A stretch of 32,000 nt of DNA from Nitratiruptor sp. YY09-18 (GTDB lineage Bacteria > Campylobacterota > Campylobacteria > Campylobacterales > Nitratiruptoraceae). The notes beneath the pieces are model-generated. The model saw only the letters and a list, made by a program, of their open reading frames with translations, was not told the origin of the DNA and did no database searches. Shown piece after piece: positions 1 to 8,151 of the stretch. The stretch spans positions 1,637,649-1,669,648 of the forward strand of contig NZ_AP023065.1 in the NCBI RefSeq assembly GCF_016593235.1, written 5' to 3'. Position 1 is the stretch's first letter, and each line of letters begins with the position of its first letter. The position numbers and the translations under genes were made by a program.

Positions 1-61
1 AAATGGCTGATAGAATTGTTCAAACAGAGGTTTTAATAGGTGAAATGGCTGATAGAATTGT
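1..61 (+). repeat. 19-bp perfect direct repeat aaatggctgatagaattgt at 1-19 and 43-61 (42-bp = 14-codon period) inside the truncated CDS
   Basis: Direct comparison of the two copies. The repeat is in frame and encodes (E)MADRIV twice. It probably continues upstream of the window. Confidence 0.8.
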
Positions 62-161
62 AGTTGTTGCAAAAGATATTCTCAACTACTGCAACCAAAC
101 TCAACAAAATCTCTTACAAGCACAAAAAAATTTCAATGAACTCCTCATCGCACTCAAATAA
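1..161 (+). CDS. 3' end of a gene truncated by the window edge; hypothetical repeat-containing (probably coiled-coil) protein ending ...MADRIVQTEVLIGEMADRIVVVAKDILNYCNQTQQNLLQAQKNFNELLIALK*
   Basis: Frame 3 is open from the window edge to TAA at 159-161 and is followed directly by a hairpin terminator. It contains a 14-aa repeat unit. It is missing from the ORF track because it is truncated. Confidence 0.45.
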   Translation, partial: MADRIVQTEVLIGEMADRIVVVAKDILNYCNQTQQNLLQAQKNFNELLIALK

Positions 162-190
162 AGGGCAGAAAAATAATCTGTCCTTTATTG
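161..190 (+). terminator. Putative Rho-independent terminator of the truncated gene
   Basis: Stem aagggcaga (161-169) pairs with tctgtcctt (177-185): 9 bp including one G-U. The loop is aaaataa and the trailing sequence is the T-rich tattg. It starts at the last base of the stop codon. Confidence 0.55.
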
Positions 191-370
191 TCTCCTCTTT
201 GCATATTAACTGCACATAAACATTCCAAAATATATTATAAAGTACTTTTTAAGTAAAGTAGAGTATGATGGAAAAGATGAATCACTTCTCATCTATGATC
301 CAAACATAGTGTGTGAGTTTGATCAAGCCTGCTACGAAAAAGGGCTCATAGCCCCATAAAGGAGGAGACT

Positions 371-688
371 ATGGCACAACTTGAGAGATTTATGTTCTAC
401 TACATCGATACCATCAATGAAAAGAACTTCAAAGAAGCGATAGATCTGGCTAAACAGATGCTAGAAATCTGCGAGGATGAAAGTGCACCTGTGATTGAGG
501 GGCTCTTGAGTGCAGCAATGTCGCTAGAAAATATGAAAATAGGCGAATTTGACGAGGTAGAGGAGCTTTGGAATAGCTACGAAGAGGCCAAAAAGTTCTT
601 GATGCCGCAAAATAGGCACTATGCTATTCTTTTAGAAACTACACTCATTCTAGAAAATACAAAAGAAGAGATAGAGAGAATAATATGA
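371..688 (+). CDS. Hypothetical small acidic, probably helical protein (105 aa)
   Basis: ATG is preceded by the strong SD aaaggaggagact. The stop overlaps the next start (ATGA at 685-688). I recognise no family. Confidence 0.6.
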   Translation: MAQLERFMFYYIDTINEKNFKEAIDLAKQMLEICEDESAPVIEGLLSAAMSLENMKIGEFDEVEELWNSYEEAKKFLMPQNRHYAILLETTLILENTKEEIERII

Positions 689-1254
689 TTATCGATTTTG
701 ATACATTGGAGTTAAAAGATCGCTATAAAATCATGAGTCGCACTATTATTCCGCGACCAATTGCTTGGATAGTAACTGAAGGCAAGAGCCTCAATATCGC
801 ACCTTTTAGCTACTTCATGGCTTTAAGCTCTGAACCTCCCACACTCATAGTCTCTATCGGGCACAAAAAGAACAGAGATCCCAAAGATACGCTTGCCAAT
901 ATCCGCTCACAAAAACGCTGCACTATCTGCTTCGTGACACCCGAGCAGATTACCAAAATGCACCAAAGCAGCGAACCACTTCCTAGTGAAGTGAGTGAAG
1001 CGAGCCATTTTGGCATAGCAACTACAAAAATCCTCAAAGATTTTCCTCCTGTCATCGATGATTCACCTGCTGCATTTTTTTGCACACTCCACCAAGAGAT
1101 AGAGCTAGGCGGCAAAACCATTCCTCTTATTTTAAAAATTGAAGAGTACTACATCAAGGATGAACTTTTTGACAAAAACTACGATTTTGATTTTCACTTT
1201 GTAGCAAGAGTAGGCAAAGAGTATAGACTCTGCGATAAAGTTATAGAACCTTAA
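685..1254 (+). CDS. Flavin reductase-like FMN-binding domain protein
   Basis: The segments RPIAWIVT...NIAPFSYF...SSEPPTLIVSI are typical of the flavin reductase-like (DIM6/NTAB) fold. It is translationally coupled to the upstream ORF. Confidence 0.75.
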   Translation: MIIDFDTLELKDRYKIMSRTIIPRPIAWIVTEGKSLNIAPFSYFMALSSEPPTLIVSIGHKKNRDPKDTLANIRSQKRCTICFVTPEQITKMHQSSEPLPSEVSEASHFGIATTKILKDFPPVIDDSPAAFFCTLHQEIELGGKTIPLILKIEEYYIKDELFDKNYDFDFHFVARVGKEYRLCDKVIEP

Positions 1255-1323
1255 ATGCTACTTAAGTAGCACTCCTTTTCTTCTTTGTTTGCTATAGTGA
1301 ATAATAAATATAAAGGAGAAAAG

Positions 1324-2346
1324 ATGGGTGCAACAGCATGGCTTAGCAAAAAACTCCCTTCAGGCAAAATTTTGTGCGAAGCATGTGCACAAGCATGCAA
1401 ACTCGATGAAGGAGAATACGGCATCTGTGGGGTAAGAAAAGTAGAAAATGGCGAACTCAAGCTCTTGGTATATGGCAAAGCAGCGGCTGTAAATGTAGAC
1501 CCTGTTGAAAAAAAGCCGATGTTTCACTTCTTGCCAGATACGAAGGTCTTTTCGTTCGGAACAGTAGGATGTAACCTCAGCTGTAGTTTTTGCCAAAACT
1601 TCGATATCAGCCAATACCCACAAGAGCATGATCACAAAATATTTGGGCATGATCTTCCACCAGAAATGGCTGTAAAATTAGCCCTCGAACACGATTGCAA
1701 ATCGATAGCCTACACATACAACGAGCCAATCGTCTGGTTTGAGTATAGCTACGATACTGCAAAGCTAGCGCATGAAAATGGACTCAAAAATATCTATGTT
1801 ACAAGCGGTTATGAAACTCGCAAAGCGATGGATTATCTAGCACCAGTTATTGATGGTATGAATATCGATCTCAAAGCCTTTACAGATAGATTCTACAAAG
1901 AACTCTGCGGCGCAAGGCTCAAACCGGTGCTCGATGCAATCGAGTATGCGTATAAAAAGGATATCTGGATTGAGATTACAACACTCTTCATTCCTGGACA
2001 AAACGATAGCGAAGAGGAGATGCGCCAAATCGCTAACTTTATAGCAAGCATCGATACAGCAATTCCATGGCATGTGAGTGGATTTTATCCAACATATAAA
2101 ATGCTCGATACCAAACCAACACCACCTGAAACGCTTCTCAAAGCCTATGAGATAGGCAAGAGTGAAGGGCTCAAATTTGTCTATGTGGGTAATTTCAATG
2201 CACCTGAATATGAAACTACCTACTGCCCATCATGCGGCTATGCAGTTATTGAGAGAAGCGGCCATATCGGAAGTCATGTAAAAAATCACCTGGAAGATGG
2301 TAGATGTCCAAAATGTAACACCTTCATTCCAGGTGTATGGAGCTAA
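1324..2346 (+). CDS. AmmeMemoRadiSam-system-type radical SAM enzyme (PflA-like activase fold)
   Basis: CNLSCSFCQN is a CX3CX2C radical SAM motif. The N-terminal CEACAQAC...GICGVRK, DPVEKKPMFHFLP and the C-terminal CPSCG...CPKC clusters match this family closely. I prefer ATG at 1324 (SD aaaggag 5 nt upstream) over the TTG at 1285 used in the ORF track. Confidence 0.85.
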   Translation: MGATAWLSKKLPSGKILCEACAQACKLDEGEYGICGVRKVENGELKLLVYGKAAAVNVDPVEKKPMFHFLPDTKVFSFGTVGCNLSCSFCQNFDISQYPQEHDHKIFGHDLPPEMAVKLALEHDCKSIAYTYNEPIVWFEYSYDTAKLAHENGLKNIYVTSGYETRKAMDYLAPVIDGMNIDLKAFTDRFYKELCGARLKPVLDAIEYAYKKDIWIEITTLFIPGQNDSEEEMRQIANFIASIDTAIPWHVSGFYPTYKMLDTKPTPPETLLKAYEIGKSEGLKFVYVGNFNAPEYETTYCPSCGYAVIERSGHIGSHVKNHLEDGRCPKCNTFIPGVWS

Positions 2347-2984
2347 AATCTACTCAAAAGTCTCTTAATCTTTGCAATGGTGCGATCGTGCTTGTGCACA
2401 CGCCCTTGCAATACTGCATTGAGACTCGTTTTATAGAATCTACTTGTAGCTTTTTTATCAATATCGAGTACCGCCCCATTGAGACTTACTCCAGCAAATG
2501 CACCGCGACTGCGTGAATAGGAGTATATCTCTGCACTGAGCGTCAAATCTGTCGCAGCGTTTGCAGCTCTGCCTACCGGACCTATCGCCAAAGATCCATC
2601 GACTCCGAGAGTAAATCTCCCTCGCAAAAGTTTTTTGAGACTCCTTGGTGAACGAAATACAAGCACCACATCGATACTCTCCACACCAATCTGCCATCCA
2701 AAACTTCCACCATACACCTTGATAAAAACAGGATCGCTCCAGCCATGGGAATTTCTTACAAGCAAAATCCCCTCACCATATCTCCCACCAACTATAAAAG
2801 CACCTCGTAAGAGATTTGGCACTATGAGGACAGCTTTTGCTTGGTGCAAGAGCTTGTGAGGGATCTTCTTCTCACTTATATGGACAAAATCTTGCAATGC
2901 ATAGAAAGAGTCCTCTAAAATCTGCTGTGGTGATGCTCCAAAAAGCCACACCGTTGTCAAAAACAAAAGAACAATCTTTTTCAT
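2343..2984 (-). CDS. SYLF (Ysc84-like, DUF500) lipid-binding domain protein with signal peptide
   Basis: N-terminal signal peptide MKKIVLLFLTTVWLFGA. GGSFGWQIGVESIDVVLVF and GVSLNGAVL are typical of SYLF domains. The ATGA overlap with the kinase gene stop (2981-2984) indicates co-translation. Confidence 0.75.
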   Translation of the reverse strand: MKKIVLLFLTTVWLFGASPQQILEDSFYALQDFVHISEKKIPHKLLHQAKAVLIVPNLLRGAFIVGGRYGEGILLVRNSHGWSDPVFIKVYGGSFGWQIGVESIDVVLVFRSPRSLKKLLRGRFTLGVDGSLAIGPVGRAANAATDLTLSAEIYSYSRSRGAFAGVSLNGAVLDIDKKATSRFYKTSLNAVLQGRVHKHDRTIAKIKRLLSRF

Positions 2985-4339
2985 GCCTCCTCCAATCTAA
3001 AACAGAATCTACTTCCCTTGCTATATTCACTCTTAATCTCTAGCTTGGATCCGTGGAGTTTGAGAATATAACTGACGATATAGAGCCCTAGCCCCATAGA
3101 ATTATCCCAAGACTTTCTCACGCGGTAAAACTTCTTAGTAATCTTTTCTACCTCTTGGGCTCTTAACCCTATCCCCCTATCCTCTACACAAAACTCTCCT
3201 TCTTTGACCCAAACCCTTACAGGTAGCTCAGAATATTTAAGAGCATTGTCTATAAGGTTACTCATCGCTATTTCAATCATTGCTTTGTCCGCTTGAACAA
3301 TGCTCTTTTGACAATGTAGCTCAATCTCTCTCTTTGGATACTTTTGCTGCAAAAACTCTACTACTTCACTGGCTAGCTCACACATATCAAACTGGCTCAA
3401 TCTTGGCGTGAGATTGTTGTTCTCAAACTTCATAGCAAGAGCCAATCTATCAATCATATTTGCTATTTTAGAACTTGCATTATAGATTTTTTCGATAAAT
3501 CGCTGCCTCACTATAGGGGGCATATGGGAGTCTTCTAGGAGAGTTTGCGCATAGCCGTTGATAATTGCTACTGGATTTTTAAACTCATGGCTAATAGCAG
3601 AGATGATCTCGTTACGCTGGCGTGAGATTTTTTTAATTTTGTTGGTAAATTTCTCTTTTTTTGCCTCACTCTTTTTGAGTTTGAGTGCCAACTGCCCCAG
3701 ATGCTCTTTGATATCCACAAACTCTTTGGCAAAATCAACCGAAAAGCTTCTCGCATACTCTTTGTTTGCAATTGCATTGAAATAGTGAGCTATCTGCTGC
3801 ATATTCTCTTCGATAGCTTCTTTATTTTTTGCTGCAAGGAAGAGGGCAACTAAACTAGCAAGAATATATACCCCAAAAAGCCACACCCAAAACGAATAAA
3901 CCCAAAAATGCCCATAAGTAAGAGGATAAGAGAGGCGTATGATTGTATCATCAACCTCTTTAGCTACATAGAGCACATCTTTTTTGTATATATTGGAGTA
4001 GCGTACATCTACTCCCTTGCCACTGCGCACTGCATTTTGGATTTCTTGGCGCATAAAGATATTTTTTTCACCCTCTTTTGCATCACTAAAAATTACTTCA
4101 CCTCTTTTGTTGATAACGAGGATATGGCCATCAAGCTTTTTGAAAATTTGTGCAAGCTGCTTGAAATCTCTGTCAACAACATCATGTGAAATAAGAGCTA
4201 ATTCACGAAAAAGCAGAGCAGTATCATTTTTGATAACTATATTTTTGACGCTGTAGTAGCTTACTATTGAAGCAAGGAGAAAAAAGAGGGTAAGGAGTGC
4301 AAAAGTTTGAAGAAAAAATTTATGGCTTAGTTTTAGCAT
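2981..4339 (-). CDS. Sensor histidine kinase with two TM helices, a periplasmic sensor domain of about 130 aa, and HisKA + HATPase_c domains
   Basis: H-box SHEFKNP, N-box LIDNALKY, G1 DRGIGL and G2 GLGLYIV are present. Hydrophobic segments lie at about aa 10-30 and 145-170. It overlaps the response regulator gene by 7 nt. Confidence 0.9.
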   Translation of the reverse strand: MLKLSHKFFLQTFALLTLFFLLASIVSYYSVKNIVIKNDTALLFRELALISHDVVDRDFKQLAQIFKKLDGHILVINKRGEVIFSDAKEGEKNIFMRQEIQNAVRSGKGVDVRYSNIYKKDVLYVAKEVDDTIIRLSYPLTYGHFWVYSFWVWLFGVYILASLVALFLAAKNKEAIEENMQQIAHYFNAIANKEYARSFSVDFAKEFVDIKEHLGQLALKLKKSEAKKEKFTNKIKKISRQRNEIISAISHEFKNPVAIINGYAQTLLEDSHMPPIVRQRFIEKIYNASSKIANMIDRLALAMKFENNNLTPRLSQFDMCELASEVVEFLQQKYPKREIELHCQKSIVQADKAMIEIAMSNLIDNALKYSELPVRVWVKEGEFCVEDRGIGLRAQEVEKITKKFYRVRKSWDNSMGLGLYIVSYILKLHGSKLEIKSEYSKGSRFCFRLEEA

Positions 4340-4995
4340 AATTTATAACCAACACCGCGTATGGATTCGATGTAGTTTTTCTCTCTATTTGGATCAATTT
4401 TTTCCTTGAGCCTCTTGATAGCCACATTGACGCTACGCTCTTGCTTCATATCACCCCAAACATGCTCTAAAAGATAGTCACGCGAGAGCACATGGCACCT
4501 ATTTTTTATAAATTCAAGTAAAAGGCGGAACTCAAGATTTGTAAGGTTAACCCTCTTGCCGGCTATATAGACTTCACTCTTTTGTGGATAGATTTCGATA
4601 TCTTTAAAAATAAGCTTCTCTTTTATCTCTGGTTTGGTGCGACGCAGTATCGCTTTGATGCGAAGTTTTAGCTCATTGATATTAAATGGCTTGGTGATGT
4701 AGTCGTCTGCGCCCTTTTCAAACCCCTCTTCTATATCGCTCTCACTATCTTTTGCTGTGAGGAAGATCACAGGGATGTCATACCCCTCCTCTTTCAACTG
4801 CTGCACAAACTCGCTACCCTCCACACCAGGAAGGTTGCGATCGACTATGAGCAGATCTGTACCCTCTTCATCGATGAAGTCCTTGACTCTTTTGGTATGC
4901 AAAAAGCCGATAACCTCATACTCTTTGCTTAGCTGATACTCTAACAGCTCCAAAAGATCTTGCTCATCCTCGATAATTACTATTTTTGGTTTCAT
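4333..4995 (-). CDS. OmpR-family response regulator (receiver + winged-helix DNA-binding domain)
   Basis: Receiver motifs IEDE...LLIVDRNLPG...LTAK and the C-terminal winged helix ...RGVGYKL. The ATGA overlap with the upstream gene is at 4992-4995. Confidence 0.9.
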   Translation of the reverse strand: MKPKIVIIEDEQDLLELLEYQLSKEYEVIGFLHTKRVKDFIDEEGTDLLIVDRNLPGVEGSEFVQQLKEEGYDIPVIFLTAKDSESDIEEGFEKGADDYITKPFNINELKLRIKAILRRTKPEIKEKLIFKDIEIYPQKSEVYIAGKRVNLTNLEFRLLLEFIKNRCHVLSRDYLLEHVWGDMKQERSVNVAIKRLKEKIDPNREKNYIESIRGVGYKLC

Positions 4996-5447
4996 CGTAT
5001 AACCGATTCTATATATCCCTTTCCGTCACTTGCCCAATTGCGAATAATCTCTTTATCCTCTTTTGAAAGTTTAGCATCTTTATGCAGCCAAAGATATTGT
5101 GGCAGTGGCATAGCAAACTCTACACTGCGAAAGATCTGTTTTTTGAGCTCTTGCTTCTTTGTATCACTATACTCCTCCCATGTGCTAAAGTTGAGCGCTT
5201 TGCGTCCTTGAATAACATCGCGTCTGACCACCCAGCTCATAGGTGCAACATCAGCATACCATGGCCACTTTGTCTCATTTGAGTGGCAGTCATAGCAGCT
5301 TCGCTTAAAAATTGCCATCACCTCTTTTGGCACCTTGATCTCTTTTGAGATCTCTACTGGAGGATTTGATTTTTCATACGTTGGAATAAACTGCATAAGC
5401 CCAAAAATAACCGCCAAAGCACCCAAATACATCAAAAAACTTCTCAT
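4992..5447 (-). CDS. Membrane-anchored haem-binding domain protein (Haem_bd family, single CxxCH)
   Basis: N-terminal TM helix. CYDCHSNETKWPWYADVAPMSW is the signature of the haem-binding domain family and contains a c-type haem attachment motif. Confidence 0.75.
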   Translation of the reverse strand: MRSFLMYLGALAVIFGLMQFIPTYEKSNPPVEISKEIKVPKEVMAIFKRSCYDCHSNETKWPWYADVAPMSWVVRRDVIQGRKALNFSTWEEYSDTKKQELKKQIFRSVEFAMPLPQYLWLHKDAKLSKEDKEIIRNWASDGKGYIESVIR

Positions 5448-5485
5448 TCACCCCTCCGCAATTTTTTGCCTAAGTTTATCAAAGT

Positions 5486-6175
5486 TTAGATAATGTTGCG
5501 TATATCCACATACTCTCCGCTCGGGTATTCGAGCAGTTTAGGAAAATTATCACTCAGAAGTATTGCTGCCTCTTGGGGATCTAGTCTTTTTGACTCGGCG
5601 AGGCGCTTGACTACCGGAAATCTTTCTCGATCTGCATGCGTGAGAATATACTCCATCATAGGCGTCTGTATGAGTCCTGGAGCTAAAGCTGTGAGGTGTG
5701 TGTTTGGCATCTCTGCTGCATAGAGGCGAATGAGCATATTAAGAGCTGCTTTGCTCATGGCATAGGCATTCCACCCTCTTGCGCCACTCACACTTGCACC
5801 ACTGCTTATCGCCACAACCTGCTTAATGGTCTTATATTTTAAAACATCTAGGATCACTTTATTTGCCCATACATTGAGATGCATCACCACTTCAATCTCA
5901 TGGAGACTCGTCTCGCTCATATCTTTGAGCTCTCCCAATACTCCAGCATTTAAAATTGCAAGATCTAACTCATTCTCTCCTATGAGCTCTTCCACTGCTT
6001 TAGCAATTTTCTCTGTCGCATGCAGATCTAGCTGTACAAAATGGAGATTTTCAAATCCCTCAAGAGCTCTTGGCAAGATCCTGCTTATGGCATAGACCTC
6101 CTCACCAGCTTCTACGTAGAACTTTGCCAATGCTTCTCCCAATCCACTGCCAATACCTGTGATAAAGACTTTCAC
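5486..6175 (-). CDS. Short-chain dehydrogenase/reductase (SDR) family oxidoreductase
   Basis: TGIGSGLG Rossmann motif, NAG motif and the YAMSKAAL catalytic YxxxK. Confidence 0.85.
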   Translation of the reverse strand: MKVFITGIGSGLGEALAKFYVEAGEEVYAISRILPRALEGFENLHFVQLDLHATEKIAKAVEELIGENELDLAILNAGVLGELKDMSETSLHEIEVVMHLNVWANKVILDVLKYKTIKQVVAISSGASVSGARGWNAYAMSKAALNMLIRLYAAEMPNTHLTALAPGLIQTPMMEYILTHADRERFPVVKRLAESKRLDPQEAAILLSDNFPKLLEYPSGEYVDIRNII

Positions 6176-6184
6176 ACTCTCTCC

Positions 6185-7093
6185 TTAATCTATTTGAATA
6201 TTTTTTCTATGGTAGCGCTGTACAATTTCTGGGTCTGGATGAAGTGAGACTTTTGCTTTCTCTTTGCCATCATATGGTATATGTGCAAGCACATAACGAA
6301 TCGACTCAAGACGCGCTAACTTTTTATTATTAGAATTAACAATAATCCAGGGACTATAGGAAGTATGTGTACGGCTAAACATCTCCTCTTTGTAGTGCGT
6401 TATCTCATCCCAAAGCTCCTGGGCTTTCATATCCACCGGACTCAACTTCCACTGCTTGAGAGGATTTCTCATACGCTCCTCAAAGCGCCTCTTTTGCGTC
6501 TCTTTGGAGATTGAGAACCAAAACTTAATGAGAATAATCCCATCATCAATGAGAGCATGCTCAATCTCAGGTACCTCCATCATAAACTTCTCATACTGCT
6601 CTTTTGTACAAAACCCATACACTGGCTCTACAATTGCGCGGTTATACCAGCTGCGGTCAAAGAATGCGATCTCTCCTGGATTTGGCAGATGCTGAAAATA
6701 GCGCTGAAAATAAAACTGCCCCTTTTCAACTTCAGTAGGAGCTGGCAGTGCCACTACGCGATACTTTCTGGGATTGAGATGCATTGTAAAGCGCTTAATT
6801 GCTCCACCCTTGCCTGCCGCATCACGTCCTTCAAAGATAATCATAAGCCGTCTTTTATTCTCATAAATCCAGTTCTGCATTTTAATAAGCTCTATCTGCA
6901 ATCTTGTTAATTCATCTTCATACTTAACATATTCTATCGCTTTTTTGAGCTTTTTCTTCTTTACAAGCTGCCTCAGGCCTTTTTGGGTTCGCAAAAGATG
7001 AAATTGCTGCTCAAGGTCTTCCAATTTTTCTTTGAGATCTGGATTCTGGATACGCTCTTTTAAGTAGTAGATATCTTCAAAAACACTCTTCAT
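6185..7093 (-). CDS. ppk2: Polyphosphate kinase 2 (single-domain PPK2) with an N-terminal coiled-coil extension
   Basis: FEGRDAAGKGG Walker A, FDRSWYNR and QWKLSP motifs are typical of PPK2. The SD GGAG lies 4 nt upstream of the ATG. Confidence 0.88.
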   Translation of the reverse strand: MKSVFEDIYYLKERIQNPDLKEKLEDLEQQFHLLRTQKGLRQLVKKKKLKKAIEYVKYEDELTRLQIELIKMQNWIYENKRRLMIIFEGRDAAGKGGAIKRFTMHLNPRKYRVVALPAPTEVEKGQFYFQRYFQHLPNPGEIAFFDRSWYNRAIVEPVYGFCTKEQYEKFMMEVPEIEHALIDDGIILIKFWFSISKETQKRRFEERMRNPLKQWKLSPVDMKAQELWDEITHYKEEMFSRTHTSYSPWIIVNSNNKKLARLESIRYVLAHIPYDGKEKAKVSLHPDPEIVQRYHRKNIQID

Positions 7094-7101
7094 GCTACTC
7101 C

Positions 7102-7117
7102 TTTTTTTTTGATTATA
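7102..7117 (-). promoter_or_regulatory. Putative -10 (TATAAT, 7117-7112) followed by a C and an A9 tract (7110-7102) directly upstream of the ppk2 SD
   Basis: The minus strand reads TATAAT-C-AAAAAAAAA-GGAGTAGC-ATG. The hexamer-to-ATG distance is 18 nt, the same short-leader geometry as other candidate promoters in this window. Confidence 0.35.
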
Positions 7118-7206
7118 AAACCTTGTGGCTTTAATTTTCTTAAGCAGAAGAGCAAAATTACGATAATATAGTATTATGAGAAGTTAGAATTATAAAAAGT
7201 ATAAAT

Positions 7207-8151
7207 ATGAAAAAGTGGTCAATTTTATTAATAATTGTTATATTTATGGCGGGCTGCTCGAAGCAGTACCAGCCAACAATAAGACTTGGTCTTGTAAGCT
7301 GGATAGGGTATAGCCCACTCTATATTGCTGAAGCAAAAGGGTGGCTGCCAAAAAACATTCGCATTGTCGACTTTCCATCCAATTATGACATTATCGATGC
7401 TATGAAGCTCGATACTCTTGAAGCATCATCTTTGACACTTGATGAGATGCTTATGCATCATAAGGATCTTGCAGACTACAGGGCTATTTGGCTTATTGAC
7501 TACTCTAATGGTGCTGATGCATTGTTAGCTGCTCCAAATATCAAAAATCTTCAAGATCTTAAGGGCAAAAGAGTTGCGTATGAGCCCCAAAGCGTGCAGG
7601 AGTTTCTTTTGGAGCGAGCATTGCAAAAAGCACATCTCTCATATAATGATATTATTTTAAAACCTGTAAAATATGATCAGGTTTTGCAAGCCTGGAACAG
7701 ACATGAAATAGATGCCGCAGCCACATTTGAACCTCTCAAGAGTGATCTTTATCGCCAAGGTATGCATACGGTTTTCGATAGTAGTCAAATTCCTTATGAG
7801 ATAGTTTATCTCCTTGTTGTCAAAAAGAGTGAGCTCGATCGTGACACAATAGCAGCACTCATAAAAGCCTATAACAAAGGTTTGCGCTTTATACGGCGTA
7901 AACCTAGCGACTCTTATGAGATTATTGGCCACTATTTGCATATTACACCAAATGAGGTACAAAAAGCTCTCAAGGGAGTGCATCTTTTAGGATGCAAAGA
8001 GAACTATGATGCGATAAACAAGCAAAATATACTACGAAACTCCTATAATACCGTTATGGATTTTTTACTCCAGCAAGGATATATACACAAAAAACCTCAT
8101 CTTCATGAAGTCTTCTCTTTCGCTTATATGCAAAGGTGCAAAAAAAGATGA
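7207..8151 (+). CDS. Lipoprotein, ABC-type solute-binding protein of the NMT1/THI5-like (nitrate/sulfonate/bicarbonate) family
   Basis: Lipobox FMAGCS after a signal peptide. The overall pattern (SWIGYSPLYIA..., GKRVAYE...) matches NMT1-like SBPs. No permease or ATPase genes are adjacent. Confidence 0.7.
   Translation: MKKWSILLIIVIFMAGCSKQYQPTIRLGLVSWIGYSPLYIAEAKGWLPKNIRIVDFPSNYDIIDAMKLDTLEASSLTLDEMLMHHKDLADYRAIWLIDYSNGADALLAAPNIKNLQDLKGKRVAYEPQSVQEFLLERALQKAHLSYNDIILKPVKYDQVLQAWNRHEIDAAATFEPLKSDLYRQGMHTVFDSSQIPYEIVYLLVVKKSELDRDTIAALIKAYNKGLRFIRRKPSDSYEIIGHYLHITPNEVQKALKGVHLLGCKENYDAINKQNILRNSYNTVMDFLLQQGYIHKKPHLHEVFSFAYMQRCKKR

Noticed and set aside
265-309. 14-codon mini-ORF (MMEKMNHFSSMIQT*) and a GGGCT-cat-AGCCC hairpin (343-355) upstream of the 371 gene; possible leader peptide or attenuator
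   Set aside because: The SD is weak, there are no codon runs suggesting attenuation, and the hairpin has only 5 bp. The evidence is insufficient.
1257-1270. Perfect 14-bp palindrome GCTACTTAAGTAGC just after the flavin reductase stop, followed by T-rich sequence
   Set aside because: As RNA it gives only a 5-bp stem with a 4-nt loop, too weak to call a terminator. As an operator it has no second copy or known consensus. I record it but do not call it a feature.
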